A stretch of 59,773 nucleotides of DNA, taken from Amoebophrya sp. A120 (Eukaryota > Protista > Dinoflagellata). Shown here piece by piece: positions 11,201 to 22,500 of this stretch. The position numbers and the translations under genes are program-made. The stretch is from positions 1,382,574 through 1,442,346 of the forward strand of contig CAJINV010000014.1 of NCBI GenBank assembly GCA_905178155.1, given 5' to 3'. The notes under the pieces are model-generated. The model saw only the letters and a program-made list of their open reading frames with translations, was not told where the DNA came from and did not search any database. Position 1 is the stretch's first letter. Each line of letters starts with the position of its first letter.

Positions 11201-14200
11201 ACAGGGCACAGGACGACGACGGCGAGAGACAGTGCAGACTTCGTCTATGACGTCCTATTTAAGAAGTCGATCCCCCGCCCCGACGCAGTCCCCGGCCGCC
11301 AAGGAGCCGCGGCACCACCGCCCACGCGGAAGATTAACTGGGGTGACAATCGTATTGGGGCGGCCTTGCGTGGCAACAAGAAGGCGAAAAGGGAGGAGCT
11401 CGAAAATTTCGCGCGGAACAACCCGAAGGAGTGGCACCTGCGCAGGAATTGGCATTCCGTTCGCGGGAAGTATGAAGAAGCTGGCGGGACGTTGTGGCCG
11501 TTGTTTTTCGAGCCCGACCGTATTCCGGAGCTGGCTTTTGGTCGCATGGGGCAGATGGTCGGCCACCCCTTTCAAGTGAACACGCGGTCGCTGAGTTTCC
11601 ACGCGCAGCTTCTCCGAAAACAAGCGCACCAAAGTGGCGATCCCAAAAAAGTATCGCAGGCAGCTGTCTGCGGGGATTTTCTGGACCGCGCAAAAAATGA
11701 GGAAGACGGCTGGGTCGTGACGCCATTGAAGTTCCCGAAGTCCCTGGAGGGACTCGGCGCGAAGGAGTGCGGCTCCCGGAGGTATGAGGTCGCCGCCGGG
11801 CCGCAGCGACTCCCGAGGGGAGCGCGGGCGGCTGCGGTGGCAATGTACAAAGGACCCGAGGGCGCTTTTCCACTGTGCGAGGAGTGGGACATTGAGAATT
11901 GCGACCCGACGGTGACGGTTTTGCTGGTCGACCGCTTATTTCCCGCGCCCGCCTCCCCGCCGCCCCTGGTGTGTTTTCGCGAGCTCGTGCGGGACCGGGT
12001 TGCGGTTCGCCGAAATTTAGAAGCAGCGGGGGAGCCGGATGCGAAGACGGCACTTCTGCGGCTCCTATATGGCGGGGAGCCGCGTGCTGGCGCGTCGACC
12101 TGGGAAAAGGACTTTGCAGCTGAGTGCGGACTGGTTCGCGAGATTCTTTGCCAGGCCCGGCCGGCTCTGTTCGCGCACCTGCAAGAGGCGCGCAGGGTGG
12201 AAGAAAGCAGGCGGGACGACGTTGACGCGCCCGCTTTCCTGCCGAGGCACCCGAACCGCTACCCTGACCCCGCGGCATCTTGCCAGCACCACGCGACGCA
12301 GGACATCGTTAGCCGGATAATGTCCGCGCATGTCCGCGCGGTTGTGGACGTTTGCGGAAGGCAGGCAGTCGGGGCGGAGATATTTGACGCCTTTCTCGCC
12401 CGTATCGACTTGCCGGGCGGAGGTGTCGCGGACGCCATTTCCAACGTTTCCCGGGAGACGGGGTACCCGGTTCGTCTGGTGCAGAAGGCGGCCCGGGGTC
12501 CGCGTTGGTGGTACCTCATTCCGCAAAGTGAGGCGCCCCGCTTGGACCCGCCGGGCGGGCGGCAGCCCTTCGAGGCCTGCGGCCCGGCAATGCTGCGGGG
12601 CCTTGGCGAGGCGGTTCCGCAGCATTGTGGAAGTTTGTCCGCGGAGGACATTGCTGGAATCACGGGGAGCGCGCTCGCTCTTTGTCCGGATGGCGAGGCC
12701 GCCGACCTCCTCGCCTTAGAGGGCAAGCCGGAGGCGCCATGGGTAAGAGCCTACGTGCTGCAGCGTGTTGACCCGGAGTCTATTGGTGTCCTGGCGCCGC
12801 CACCGATCGCGGAAGGGACGGACGAGTTCGGCGGCGAGGCGCAGTGGCATTGGTGGGCGCTCGAGTGTGGCGCCGGGTATTTCTCCCCGGGCGCGGTGAG
12901 GCTCGTTGATGTCGACGGAGTTCGTGTGCTTCCGCCAGCGAACGTCGCGGAGGTGCTTGCGTTTTTGGATGCTTGCCCGGTGTGTTTCATCTATGTGGAG
13001 ACCGCTCCGGGAGAAGCCGGCGACGCGGTTGCCGCTCGGCTGCTCGGCATGGCGGATAACCTGGCGCACTTTCAGCTGAAAGGGGAAGCGCGAAAGGACC
13101 CGGATGATTTTCCCCAGACGGCCGCGAAGCGGAAGAAGACGTACAAATTTAAGCCCTTGCAGTGGAAACATGTAAAGACGCGCCGGTGGTTCCGGGTTGC
13201 AACGTGTTCCCGGGACAGAGAGTACCACCGTTGCCGGATGTGTGGGGTTTCCCCGGTTCCGCACAATTCCACCACCCACAAGCACCTCCTGTGCAGCTGG
13301 CGCTTTCATGGGGATACCCCGGCGGACATGGTCGAGGAGATTCCGAAGTACGAGGCAGAATTCGGAAAACCAGACGAATCATACTACATGTCCCTGCAGC
13401 AACTTGCGCCGAGCTTGCGCCAGAAGGTGCACAGATACACCTTATCGGGCGGCAACATGGTGGACAAAAAAACGCTCCAGGACCGAAAGCCCGGAACCAA
13501 GAGCGACCCGTCCGCGCGAATTGACCAGATCCTCGCCATGGATGACGCAGCCCTCCGCGAAAACTTCTTCCCGGGGGTGTTCGAGTGTGCCACCTGCGGG
13601 GCCGGCTGCGAATTGGGAGAAACCCGCAAGCGCATGCCGGAGTGGGTCTGCAAGTGTGGCGCAGTTGCCCCGTGCGATTTTTTCCGTGATGCCACCCTGG
13701 TGACCCGGTCAACCACCCCAATTGCCACCGCGGTCCAAGTTGTGCGCGGTTTCGTTTTGGGACGAACGTCCTCGCAGACCGCCCTCGATTTGGCGATCCA
13801 CTCCAGTACTGTCGGGCTGATGTACGACACCATCGTCGCCGCAGCCGCATCGTTGTACCACATGCAGAGCGAGCTCGTAACCTACCCCAAGGTCTCCTGC
13901 ATCGAGGCAGATGAGGCGTGCTTCGGCAAGACGACGGTTGTCCGTGCGCGGCAGAAGGTGCACCAGACGAGGGTCTTCCAGTGTGTTCTGCAGAGGGGCT
14001 GCCCGAAATCGTTAAAGCTTTTCGATTTGGGTGTCGCGGAAAGTCGCGAATCGTCTAGGTTTCCCATTTTGAAACAGAGCGTTTGGAGGTTCGTCTATCG
14101 CAAGCTTATACTCCCTGCCTGGGAGGGGGTTCTGCCGGAAAATAGTGGCGAGTGCCTGATGTGGTTGTCCGTTGACTCCGCCAGCTGCTACAAATTAAAG

Positions 14201-14955
14201 CGGTCGGAGTGCATACTTCTGTCCGTCGTGCATTCCCAGCGGGAGTTCTGGGCGAAGCTTAAGCACCCGGAGCTTGCCGACGCGCCGGAGCTCGGCAACA
14301 ACTGCGCGGAGAACGTCTGGCGGCACTTGCGTAAGTTGCTGAAGGAACTTATGGAAGTTTCAGAACCGAAATCGGCGAAATCGAAATAGTTTGCGATGCA
14401 TAAAGCCGGCACCACTTGGCGCCTCAGTGTGTTTCCAAGTGGCGCGTGACAAATTTCGGCAGCACGAAGAGCCAGCCGGTCATGCTGTTAGTTTGGGCGA
14501 AGAAGACTGCTCCTGCCGTGCTGCTCCGGCAGGGCATCGCCTTCCTCTAAACAGGCTTAGAATCGGTCTCATTTGCCTGCTCCCCAGCACAGGCCTTCCT
14601 TGCCCTACATTTTGTGCATTGCAAGTTTCTCGATTTTGTCGGTTTCGATCCTGACGCCCCCATAGAACGGTGTGCGACAATGCGGAAGGACCACCTGATG
14701 CAGAAGCCGAATTGGGTCTACGCTATGGCGTATCTGTTTGCTTCTTCCCTCCCCATCGACGGCCGAGTGTCCGAGATCATGCAGATGCTCTTATCGCCGC
14801 GAACCCTCTACAGCGTTGGCCCGAGCGTGCCCCCGGAGGGACTGTCGCAGGAAGAGGCGGACGCCCTCTCCGAGGAAGAGTGGTCCGACGAAGAAGACGA
14901 GCAGCCGGAGCCCGATCTCAAGGAGCTCTTCGACCTGTCGCCGTCCGAGGGATAG
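8083..14955 (+). CDS. Polyprotein: low-complexity linker, degenerate D5-like helicase fragment, TVpol (family A-like DNA polymerase), Zn ribbon/HTH and IS1595/Merlin DDE transposase
   Basis: Removing 10152-10477, 10566-10741 and 14350-14669 (each an inverted-repeat element plus one 5-bp repeat) fuses ORFs 8083-10173, 10748-14389 and 14614-14955 into one open frame (ECL|EGPEQ...KLDN|GLVKNL...LKE|RCATMRK). Motifs: WAKFLRECFG...VGLLLQG...NDHGFAKSTW (D5-like); RRYEV..GPQRLPRGAR, WDIENCDP, AKTALLRLLYGG, EIFDAF (Pol A motifs A/B/C); CATC..CKC; IEADEACFG, SVDSASCY, VVHSQREF, NNCAENVWRHLRK (IS1595/Merlin D-D-E). Confidence 0.75.
10152..10472. mobile_element. Introner element, non-canonical intron of the polyprotein
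   Basis: TATC..GATA ends, a perfect 24-bp inverted repeat TGCAAATGTGCCTAGGGGGTAGGA, and perfect flanking CTTGA/CTTGA. Internal hairpin at ~10325-10371. Removal restores the frame. Confidence 0.9.
10566..10736. mobile_element. Introner element (near-complete fold-back), non-canonical intron
   Basis: ~55-65-bp inverted arms TATCCC(A/C)CAGAAAAAGACCGACAGGTCATATTTGTAATGCAAAAATAAATA; flanks ACAAC/GCAAC. Removal restores the frame. Confidence 0.9.
14350..14664. mobile_element. Introner element (family A) within the transposase C-terminus
   Basis: TATGG...CCATA ends with flanks GAACT/GAACG. Internal sequence is colinear with 50531-50844. Confidence 0.85.
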
Positions 14956-15534
14956 CGTTGCTTTCGGAAGCTATAGCTATTAAGACTCGAAATATCAGCA
15001 ACACCAATAAACTCAGCAATTTACGCAAGCGCCGCCAGTACGTTCTCCGTGCAGTTGTTGCCGGGTTCGGGCGTGTCGGCAGGCTCCGGGCGCTTAAGCT
15101 TCGCCCCGGTCGTGTATGTCAGAAATCAAGAATATGCGTAGCATTGTGCAACAGAAGAAAATCGAGCAGCCATATAATACGAGAAGCGTACTGGATTCCT
15201 ATAAATAACAGAAACGACAATCGAAAGAAGAGGAATGGCATCAAGTCAAAAGAGGGGAAATAGGATGGAAATTAACAAGACAAGGCGACACGTTGAAGAT
15301 AGAAACAAAAACGCAAGAAGTTCAGAGATAGACCGATAAAAATCATCGCGAGAGACGCACGTGGAAGATATCTAATAGATTGGCCATATATGTAGAATCG
15401 CGATAGTCTCGCACAGCGATAGAGAAAAACCTCCACCCTAGTAATTCCGCACGGGCGGCGCCGTTTTGGCCCAGACTTACTAGAAAGAGGCAGCACGTGA
15501 CTCACAGAAAAGAGCGCGCTGATTTGCTTGCGCC

Positions 15535-15826
15535 TCCGCCCCGGTGGATAGATTTAGGCCATCTATACCATCAGGGAAATTGAGTTCAGCTCACGTAGGG
15601 AAATTCTGTTACGATTTTACTGGATCGATTTCAAAGCAGTTACATCGGAAAACTTGACAGCGCAACCCACGTAGGGAAGTTTACTGATGAGAACCAATCT
15701 AGCGCGATTTCAAAACAATCGGCGAAGCCGGCAGGCCTATACTTGTTTACGCCACCGCCCCGGTGGAGGGATAGTATATTTTCAAGCTATACCATCGGGG
15801 AAATTGAGTTCAGCGCACGTAGGGAA
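15535..15826. repeat. Two ~70-bp imperfect direct repeats with recurrent CACGTAGGGA
   Basis: CCGCCCCGGTGGA...CTATACCATC.GGGAAATTGAGTTCAGC.CACGTAGGGAA at ~15535-15602 and ~15755-15826. A third CACGTAGGGAA at ~15668. Confidence 0.75.
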
Positions 15827-16079
15827 CTCAGTAACTGACTGAGCTACAACAGTACCTACTTCGTCGCAGCGTTGAAATTTCGGAAAAGATAAAGCCTACG
15901 CTGGCCGTTCGCGGTTAGATTTGGTATTTTTTCACAAGCTGACTCTGTACAACAGTGGAGCTGAAGACATTCGAAAAAAATGCGCAAGGCTGCTGAAAAA
16001 CATAAAAACGAAGGAAGACCGGAGGCCGGCAGACTCCTGCGCATGTGTGTCCCCCTTCTCCTTTCTTCTCTCGCCGTGT

Positions 16080-16601
16080 ATTATCTCGCGAGCGAGGGAC
16101 AGAAGACCGAGGACCGGAGACCAGCAGGCTCCCTTTTATGTGCCCGACCTTTCAAACTGCCGCCCTATCTCGTCAGCTACTACCTTGTGAGGGACTGAGG
16201 ACCGAGGACCGGAGGCCAAGAAACCCCCTCTCATGTTTCTCCGCTTTTTACTTTCTTACCCCTTCAAGTGTTACCTTTTGAGCGACTGAGGACCGAGGAC
16301 CGGAGACCAGGAAACTCCCTCTGATGTGTCTCTCTCAGCTTCCTACCTTCCTATCTCGTCAGGTATTACCTTGTGAGGGACTGAGGACCGAGGACCGGAG
16401 ACCAAGAAACTCCCTCTCATGTGTCTCAGCTTTCTACTTTCTTACCCCTTCACGTATTACCTTTTGGGCGACTGAGGACCGAGGACCGGAGACCAAGAAA
16501 CTCCCTTTCATGTGTCTCAGCTTTCTACCTTCTTATCCGTTCAAGTATTATCTTTTGAGCGACTGAGGACCGAGGACCGGAGACCAAGAAGCTCCCTCTT
16601 A
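16080..16601. repeat. Tandem repeat, six ~91-95-bp units
   Basis: GACCGAGGACCGGAG recurs at ~16105, 16200, 16291, 16386, 16477 and 16568. Confidence 0.9.
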
Positions 16602-16703
16602 TGAGTTGTAAGGAAGGTTCTTCCTTTTGCGGAAGTTGGGCGGTTGAGTGTTGTTTGTTGTTGTTGCAGTTCTTGCTCAAGTAGAGAAAAAACGCCAATC
16701 ACG

Positions 16704-19352
16704 ATGGTGCTGCACCTATTCCGTACCATGCCAACATCAACTTCATCACGTGCCACTACTTCGAATTACGCCGCAGTGGGGTCGGCGGCACAAAGACCTG
16801 GCGGAAAGGACGATGAGGACGTGGAGTTTGACATGCAATTGGAAGCGATAGCGGAGGTACTAATGGAGGACGAAGATGAGGGCTTTCACGTTGTAGAAAG
16901 CAAGCGTCGTGAGTTTCCCTTTTCCACAAACTACGACCAAGACGAGGCCGCGGGGGAAGACGATTTTTTAGCTGACGACGCTATGAACTCTGCCACAGAG
17001 GAGTTGGAGCCGCGAGGGAATAGTAACGGAAAACAGAGTGGTGATGGGACCGGGGCCGCAACGACAACCGATGCATCTTCGCAACAGGACAAAAAACTTC
17101 GGTCTTCCACGACCCTGCGCCAGTCCAGGAATACCTACAACACAGCCGCAGGGGCGGCAAGAAAGCAGTACACACCCGTAGAGATCGTGTTGAAAGCGAG
17201 CAAACTTACCGCCCTGCGTCGCGGCAGCCGGTCTGGGGGCACGATCAGGAAATTGCGCGAGGTTTTGCACGATGTCATACACATAATGCGGGCAAAGTAC
17301 TGTTCGAAAACCGGAGATTCGTTGAAGGACATGATTCACTCGGAAGGGGCGAGGAAGAACTTTTATTCTGCCACAGAAGCAGCTGGTGGTGTCAGCAATA
17401 TAGACCAGCAGCAGGTGGAGCCAGTTCATCTCCTACGCGCATCAAAAAACAACAGCAGCGCAACTGCTTCATCTAACACTATTTCCAATTTTAACTCGTC
17501 CTCCAGCGACCAATCGTTGCAGCAGCAATTGCTCCGTCTCACCTGCGACAGCAAGCGCACGGCCTCGACGTTTCTCCACTGGTTACAGAGGCACTTCGTC
17601 CTCCAGCGCCTCCCCTTCCCGCACAGCCACCCCTCTGGGCGGTTGCTGACCTTCGAGCTCGCGCCGGTAGTGAAATCGGATCTTTGTGTGCTGCTCGACA
17701 ACCAGGTCGCCGCGAAAAATAGCAACCACGCGAAAAATCGGCAGATGCCGGATGAGAATGGAGTGGCCGGGGTTTGCGTGTTGGAACAAGTCGCGCACAC
17801 AAGTTTGGGGCTGTTCGACCCCGTGATTGGGGAGACCATTTCCATCTCCTCCCACTGCGCCTGGGCAGCACCGTTGAAAAGCTCGGATCGACTCTGCTTA
17901 CGGAGTTTGTCGAGCTGCTTCTCGAGCAGTAGTTCTACTACTGGTGAAGATTTTGGAGGTGCCGGTGCGAACAATCCCTTGCAGCGGTTTGTGGTCATGG
18001 ACGTGCATTTCGACTACGAACAGATGAACAAGATGCTTGCGAACAATAATCTGCGGGAACAAAAGGTGGAAAAGGATCTGCCGATGCGAGAAAATAATGT
18101 TGGAGAAATAAATCACAACGGACCTGGCGCTACATCATCACTATTTCTATCGGACCAGGACGAGCAAGATTTCCTGATGAAGTCGAACCGTTTCGCGGCA
18201 CTGGAGCAAATGGAGGATGTTGCGAAAAAGAAAGTCGTGGAGCTGCAAAATCAAAAAACTACCGACGATTTCCTCGATGACGTCGATGCGAGGCGCAAAA
18301 CAGTGCGGTCAGGACAGAAGAAGTTGAAGAAGAACTCCTTCCTCAATAACGGATCGTCCTCTGCCGGTTCGGCGAATACAGGAAACTCCGCATGTGCTGC
18401 TGTCGCGGGCACATCGACCACTGGACCTTCGACGTCAACCGGAGCAGGCACTTCTTCTTCTGGGGGTGCGGCCCCGCAGCGCCGGTCCCAGCTTTTCCGC
18501 GGCGCCAAGATTGTTTCTTCCGCGATCAGTCGCGTGGACGTGGTGCTCGAGTCAGACTTTTTGAACCCGCCGACGACCATGGGGAATTTAGAAGACCGCA
18601 TGATCTGCAACGTGCCGCTGATGCAACAGCAAAATTTGATATTCGCGAATAGTGGTTGTACTACTGCTTCTTCTGCAGGGGCAACATCCTCGCGTGGAAG
18701 TGCTGGCGCAATGTCTAACAAAACCGCACCTCCTGCCGTCGAGATCGGGGACATCGTGCTTGGTTACGATTTGCGCAAAAAGGTTTCGAACGAGCTGGAG
18801 GAGTTGGAACGGTCCGGGAGAAATTACCCGTCGGTCGTTTTGCTGTGCCGGGAGATGCAGCAGAGGAACAGTTGTGATGAAAGCTCTACCGATGATGTTG
18901 TTCGAGATGATGAACTGCAGGGCGCGGGGAAGACGGACCACGATGAGCAGCTAGTACCTTCGGCTGGGGCCGCGAAGAACGAGGCTTCTGCACCAAGGGC
19001 GGGCGAAGTCTCTTCTACCGCGACAGCAACTATGTCGCTAGTATCTCCTTCGCAAACAGACATCGCAGGGAACACATCCAATGCGCACTCGGTACCAAGT
19101 GGAGCCGTTACCAGCAAAGCGGAGTCTTCCAGCAGAGCAGAATTTCCAACGTGTGAAGTAAGAGCAGGAGTGGAGAACAACAGCCAGAATTTTGAAAATG
19201 ACCAGCAACGAATGTTGAACTCTGCCTCGTCGTGTAAAGTAGAAAGTACGTCCAAAGACTTTGACGAAATTATAGCGAAACATGAAGACAACCCGTTGGT
19301 TGCCGGGATGATTGCGGATCTCGTGCGCGCGCTGGAAAAGTCGAGACGATAA
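16704..19352 (+). CDS. Divergent NMD3-like protein, intronless, with long low-complexity insertions
   Basis: Long open frame with colinear blocks resembling the NMD3 C-terminal half: TFELAPVVKSDLCVL, LFDPVIGETISI..CAWAAPLKS, LQRFVVMDVH, SRVDVVLESDF, IGDIVLGYDL, PSVVLLCRE. No N-terminal CxxC zinc motifs seen. Confidence 0.6.
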   Translation: MVLHLFRTMPTSTSSRATTSNYAAVGSAAQRPGGKDDEDVEFDMQLEAIAEVLMEDEDEGFHVVESKRREFPFSTNYDQDEAAGEDDFLADDAMNSATEELEPRGNSNGKQSGDGTGAATTTDASSQQDKKLRSSTTLRQSRNTYNTAAGAARKQYTPVEIVLKASKLTALRRGSRSGGTIRKLREVLHDVIHIMRAKYCSKTGDSLKDMIHSEGARKNFYSATEAAGGVSNIDQQQVEPVHLLRASKNNSSATASSNTISNFNSSSSDQSLQQQLLRLTCDSKRTASTFLHWLQRHFVLQRLPFPHSHPSGRLLTFELAPVVKSDLCVLLDNQVAAKNSNHAKNRQMPDENGVAGVCVLEQVAHTSLGLFDPVIGETISISSHCAWAAPLKSSDRLCLRSLSSCFSSSSSTTGEDFGGAGANNPLQRFVVMDVHFDYEQMNKMLANNNLREQKVEKDLPMRENNVGEINHNGPGATSSLFLSDQDEQDFLMKSNRFAALEQMEDVAKKKVVELQNQKTTDDFLDDVDARRKTVRSGQKKLKKNSFLNNGSSSAGSANTGNSACAAVAGTSTTGPSTSTGAGTSSSGGAAPQRRSQLFRGAKIVSSAISRVDVVLESDFLNPPTTMGNLEDRMICNVPLMQQQNLIFANSGCTTASSAGATSSRGSAGAMSNKTAPPAVEIGDIVLGYDLRKKVSNELEELERSGRNYPSVVLLCREMQQRNSCDESSTDDVVRDDELQGAGKTDHDEQLVPSAGAAKNEASAPRAGEVSSTATATMSLVSPSQTDIAGNTSNAHSVPSGAVTSKAESSSRAEFPTCEVRAGVENNSQNFENDQQRMLNSASSCKVESTSKDFDEIIAKHEDNPLVAGMIADLVRALEKSRR

Positions 19353-19559
19353 AAGGATTTATTTCGCGAATCGTGGCTGGTTTGGAAGATTCAATTCGCA
19401 AGTTGTAAGAGCTTTTTTTGAGTTCGAGTTGTTCCATCGGGTCAAAATCGTATCTCATATTGTATATACGTATCAACTCGAAGGCGACGCCAACAGCGGG
19501 TACTTATCTCTGTGTAGTGACTTGAGACATGATTGAATTGCCTGCAGTTTTGACTTGGA

Positions 19560-22500
19560 GAATGAGAATTCTGAAAAAGAAGTCACAGAGTATTGCAATC
19601 AGCATCCGAGCCTGCTGGTTAACTTGTATATCCTTTTAAGTAGTTCTTCTTTTATCTTTTTTTTCATCTACATTGCGCGCAATGACGATACCCTCGCGAC
19701 ATTGATTACATGCAGTATTTGCTAGTCCCCCGACGACCTCGGCTTGTCTTGTTTCACTTCTGAAGGGCGGCTAACTTGTTGTTGCGCTCGGACTAGAGTG
19801 AAATCGCAATCCAGCTGCTGCAGTTCTTGTCGGACCCGCAATATTTTTACTATGGTAGGGTAACACGAGGACGAAAGGTGTAGAAAAGGCAGCAATGATT
19901 GAAATCGCAAAAATCGCAGAGCTACGCGTTTTGGTGTTTTGGAATGTAGTGAGTACACGTATATTTTCAACATTTTGATTTTTGAAACTGTGATCGACGC
20001 CCCGCCAGAGGGTCAGCACGTCGCAACGTCTGGCAAGACCAAGACACGTGTGAGTGTTGCGTTTTGCAGTGCGAGCTAGTACTGCAAGGTGTTCGTGTTC
20101 TGCCGCCATCGCCTATCTTTGTTTAAGATGTTGCGCCTGGCGCAGACGCTACATTCGCCGACTCGCGGGAGTAGTACGACTTGGACAAGTTGAGAGAAAC
20201 GATGAGAGCAAGACCGACCACGCCGGCGGACCACGCCGCCGGATAGGGGGCAATAATTTATCGTAGGCATCTAGTGCAAGGCTTGGATCAACATACTCAC
20301 GGTGAAATAATGTAGTGTAACAAAGATGTTAATGTTATACGTGACGTGAGGGTAAGTGCAGCTGCAGCCACCAAAGAAGAGCGATTTCATCTGATGTCAG
20401 GGAGCCGTAGAAAACATGACGAAGCAGAAAAGATATGCCTAGTGTGCTTAGTACTAGTACTAGTGAACTCCTAGTGTACTTGGTACTTACTGCCGCATCC
20501 ATGACGAGCTCCTCCCAATTGAGAAACAAAAAGCGCAGCCCATGGATGCTGGCGCTCCTTTCTGTGAGTTGACCTGGCATAAAAAAAGACAACTTCTACT
20601 TCGAAGAAAGTACTAGCAGGCCGCATAGAGATGCACTACAAGAGTGATGGTTTCTGCAGCGCTCCCGCTTTTGCGTGGCAGCACTGATTACTCGGAGTTT
20701 GGCGGGCATGGCGTGGCTGCGCGGATCAGACGCAGATCAACACTTTGGGGGCGACGGTGCGTCCTCGTCTGGCGACGAAAGTGCCCAGCGTCGCAAAAGC
20801 CCAGGAGAAGCCGAAGCGGACGCGGCCCCCCGTGAGCTTCGGCGCCGTGTCACGGGCGCCCCGGGTTTGTTGTTTGCAGAAGGAGCAGGCGCCGGCGGGG
20901 CAGTTGCGTGCCCCTTTGCGTTTGCCGTGCCTCCGCCGCGCGGGCGGGGGGCGCCCGGAGCGAGGCAACCGGCGCCCCCGCCGTCTCGGCCGACAACCTG
21001 CGCGAGCGAACTCGCCCCCCCCTCTCGCCTATCCGTGCTAGCGCCCCTCCTTTAGCCGCAGTGGCGCCTCCGACGCGCCCGCTGAATGGGGCCAGGCATC
21101 AAGCTGGTGCTGCTGGGCGCGCAGTCGCCGTTCCGGGTGGGAGGGCGGGGGGATCTCGCGCGGGGAAACGCCGCGCCGTGCCGCTCCATCCCGTCTTTCT
21201 GCAAGGTTACCGCGCTCCCCGTTCCGGCGCTTCCGGCGGGCCGCGAGCGATGGCGGCGTTCCTCCGTCCGCGGAGTGAAGTAGCGTGTGTGCCGCCATTT
21301 TTCAAGAGATGTTGATCAGAGTCGTGATGGCGGTGATTGAAGCCACCACAGAAAAGCGACTTCTCATGTCATGTCTTCACGTGAGGGAGTGGGAGCCGCG
21401 GCAGAAAACATGATGATGAAGCAGAGTGGCGTATTGTATTCAGTGGTCGTGCGCTCCTTCTTGAGAGATTCTCATCTCACCCCAGCAGATGAAGATGCTA
21501 ATGTGGTAAAGAGTAGAGCAACAGCACCATCGTCGCGAACTATGTGACGTGGTGAGACAGAGAGCAGCAAAGAAAACGATAAAGGAAGAAAGCTTCCAAT
21601 TGCGGCCTCCACTTTGTCGAGTTCCGCCCTATTGAGAAACAGTTTACGCTCCTAGGTGGTGGCGGCCCTTTGTTTGAGTTGGCCTGGATATCGGGGCAAC
21701 TGAGAGTGAGAAGGTAGAACTAGCAGACGCCACGAAGGCCCGCAGTCGCAAAGTGATAAAATGGCAGCAGGCGCAGCGTTTGTGGGTGGCGCGCTAGATT
21801 TGGCCGGGCACCTTGTAAATGCCCGACTCCGAAACAGCGAAGGCCGCGCACTCCCGGCGCTTCTTTTTGGATTTCGTGCGCAGCAGGTGCCGGCCGGGCA
21901 GCCGCGCGCCTACCTAGCCCCGTCCCCCGCTTGATGTGTGGCGGGGGCGGCCGGCGCCCCCGTGGCCTCGATAGGGGCCCGGCGGTCGTGGGGGCCAGCC
22001 CGCTCCGGGCCCCTCTGGTCCGCCCGCCCAGATCGACCCCTCCCCTTCGCTATTGATGTCGCCCCTCCGTCCGCTACCGGCAATGGCCATGGGGCCCGCG
22101 ACGGCTGCAAGCGGGTGGGCGCGCAGGCAGTTGCCGTCCCGGATGGGAGAGGATGGCGCGTCAGGGAGTGCCACGTCGTGTCGTGCCCGCCTTTCCAGAA
22201 GGCTACCGCGCCCCTCGTTGCATCCATGCATCCTTCGGGCTGCGCTCGAGGATGGCGCCCTTCCGTGAAATCGGGATTCGGGCATGAGCGCCATCATTTG
22301 TAAATCGAGCAGTTTTTGCTTTTACAAATACAAACGCAACAATTTAGCGCGGACACGGATGGCAATGGATAAGCATACTGACATGTTGTCGCGTCTGCTC
22401 GTGTCGTCGTTCATAATGCGATTACAGAGTGAGAGATAGTGCACAGGCACGCGCTCAACGCAGTGCATAACTACTCACGAGAGAGAGAGCGTTTGAGAGC

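Noticed and set aside
16080-16601. CRISPR-like array
   Set aside because: The sequences between the conserved cores are themselves repeats rather than unique spacers. The context is eukaryotic and there are no cas genes.
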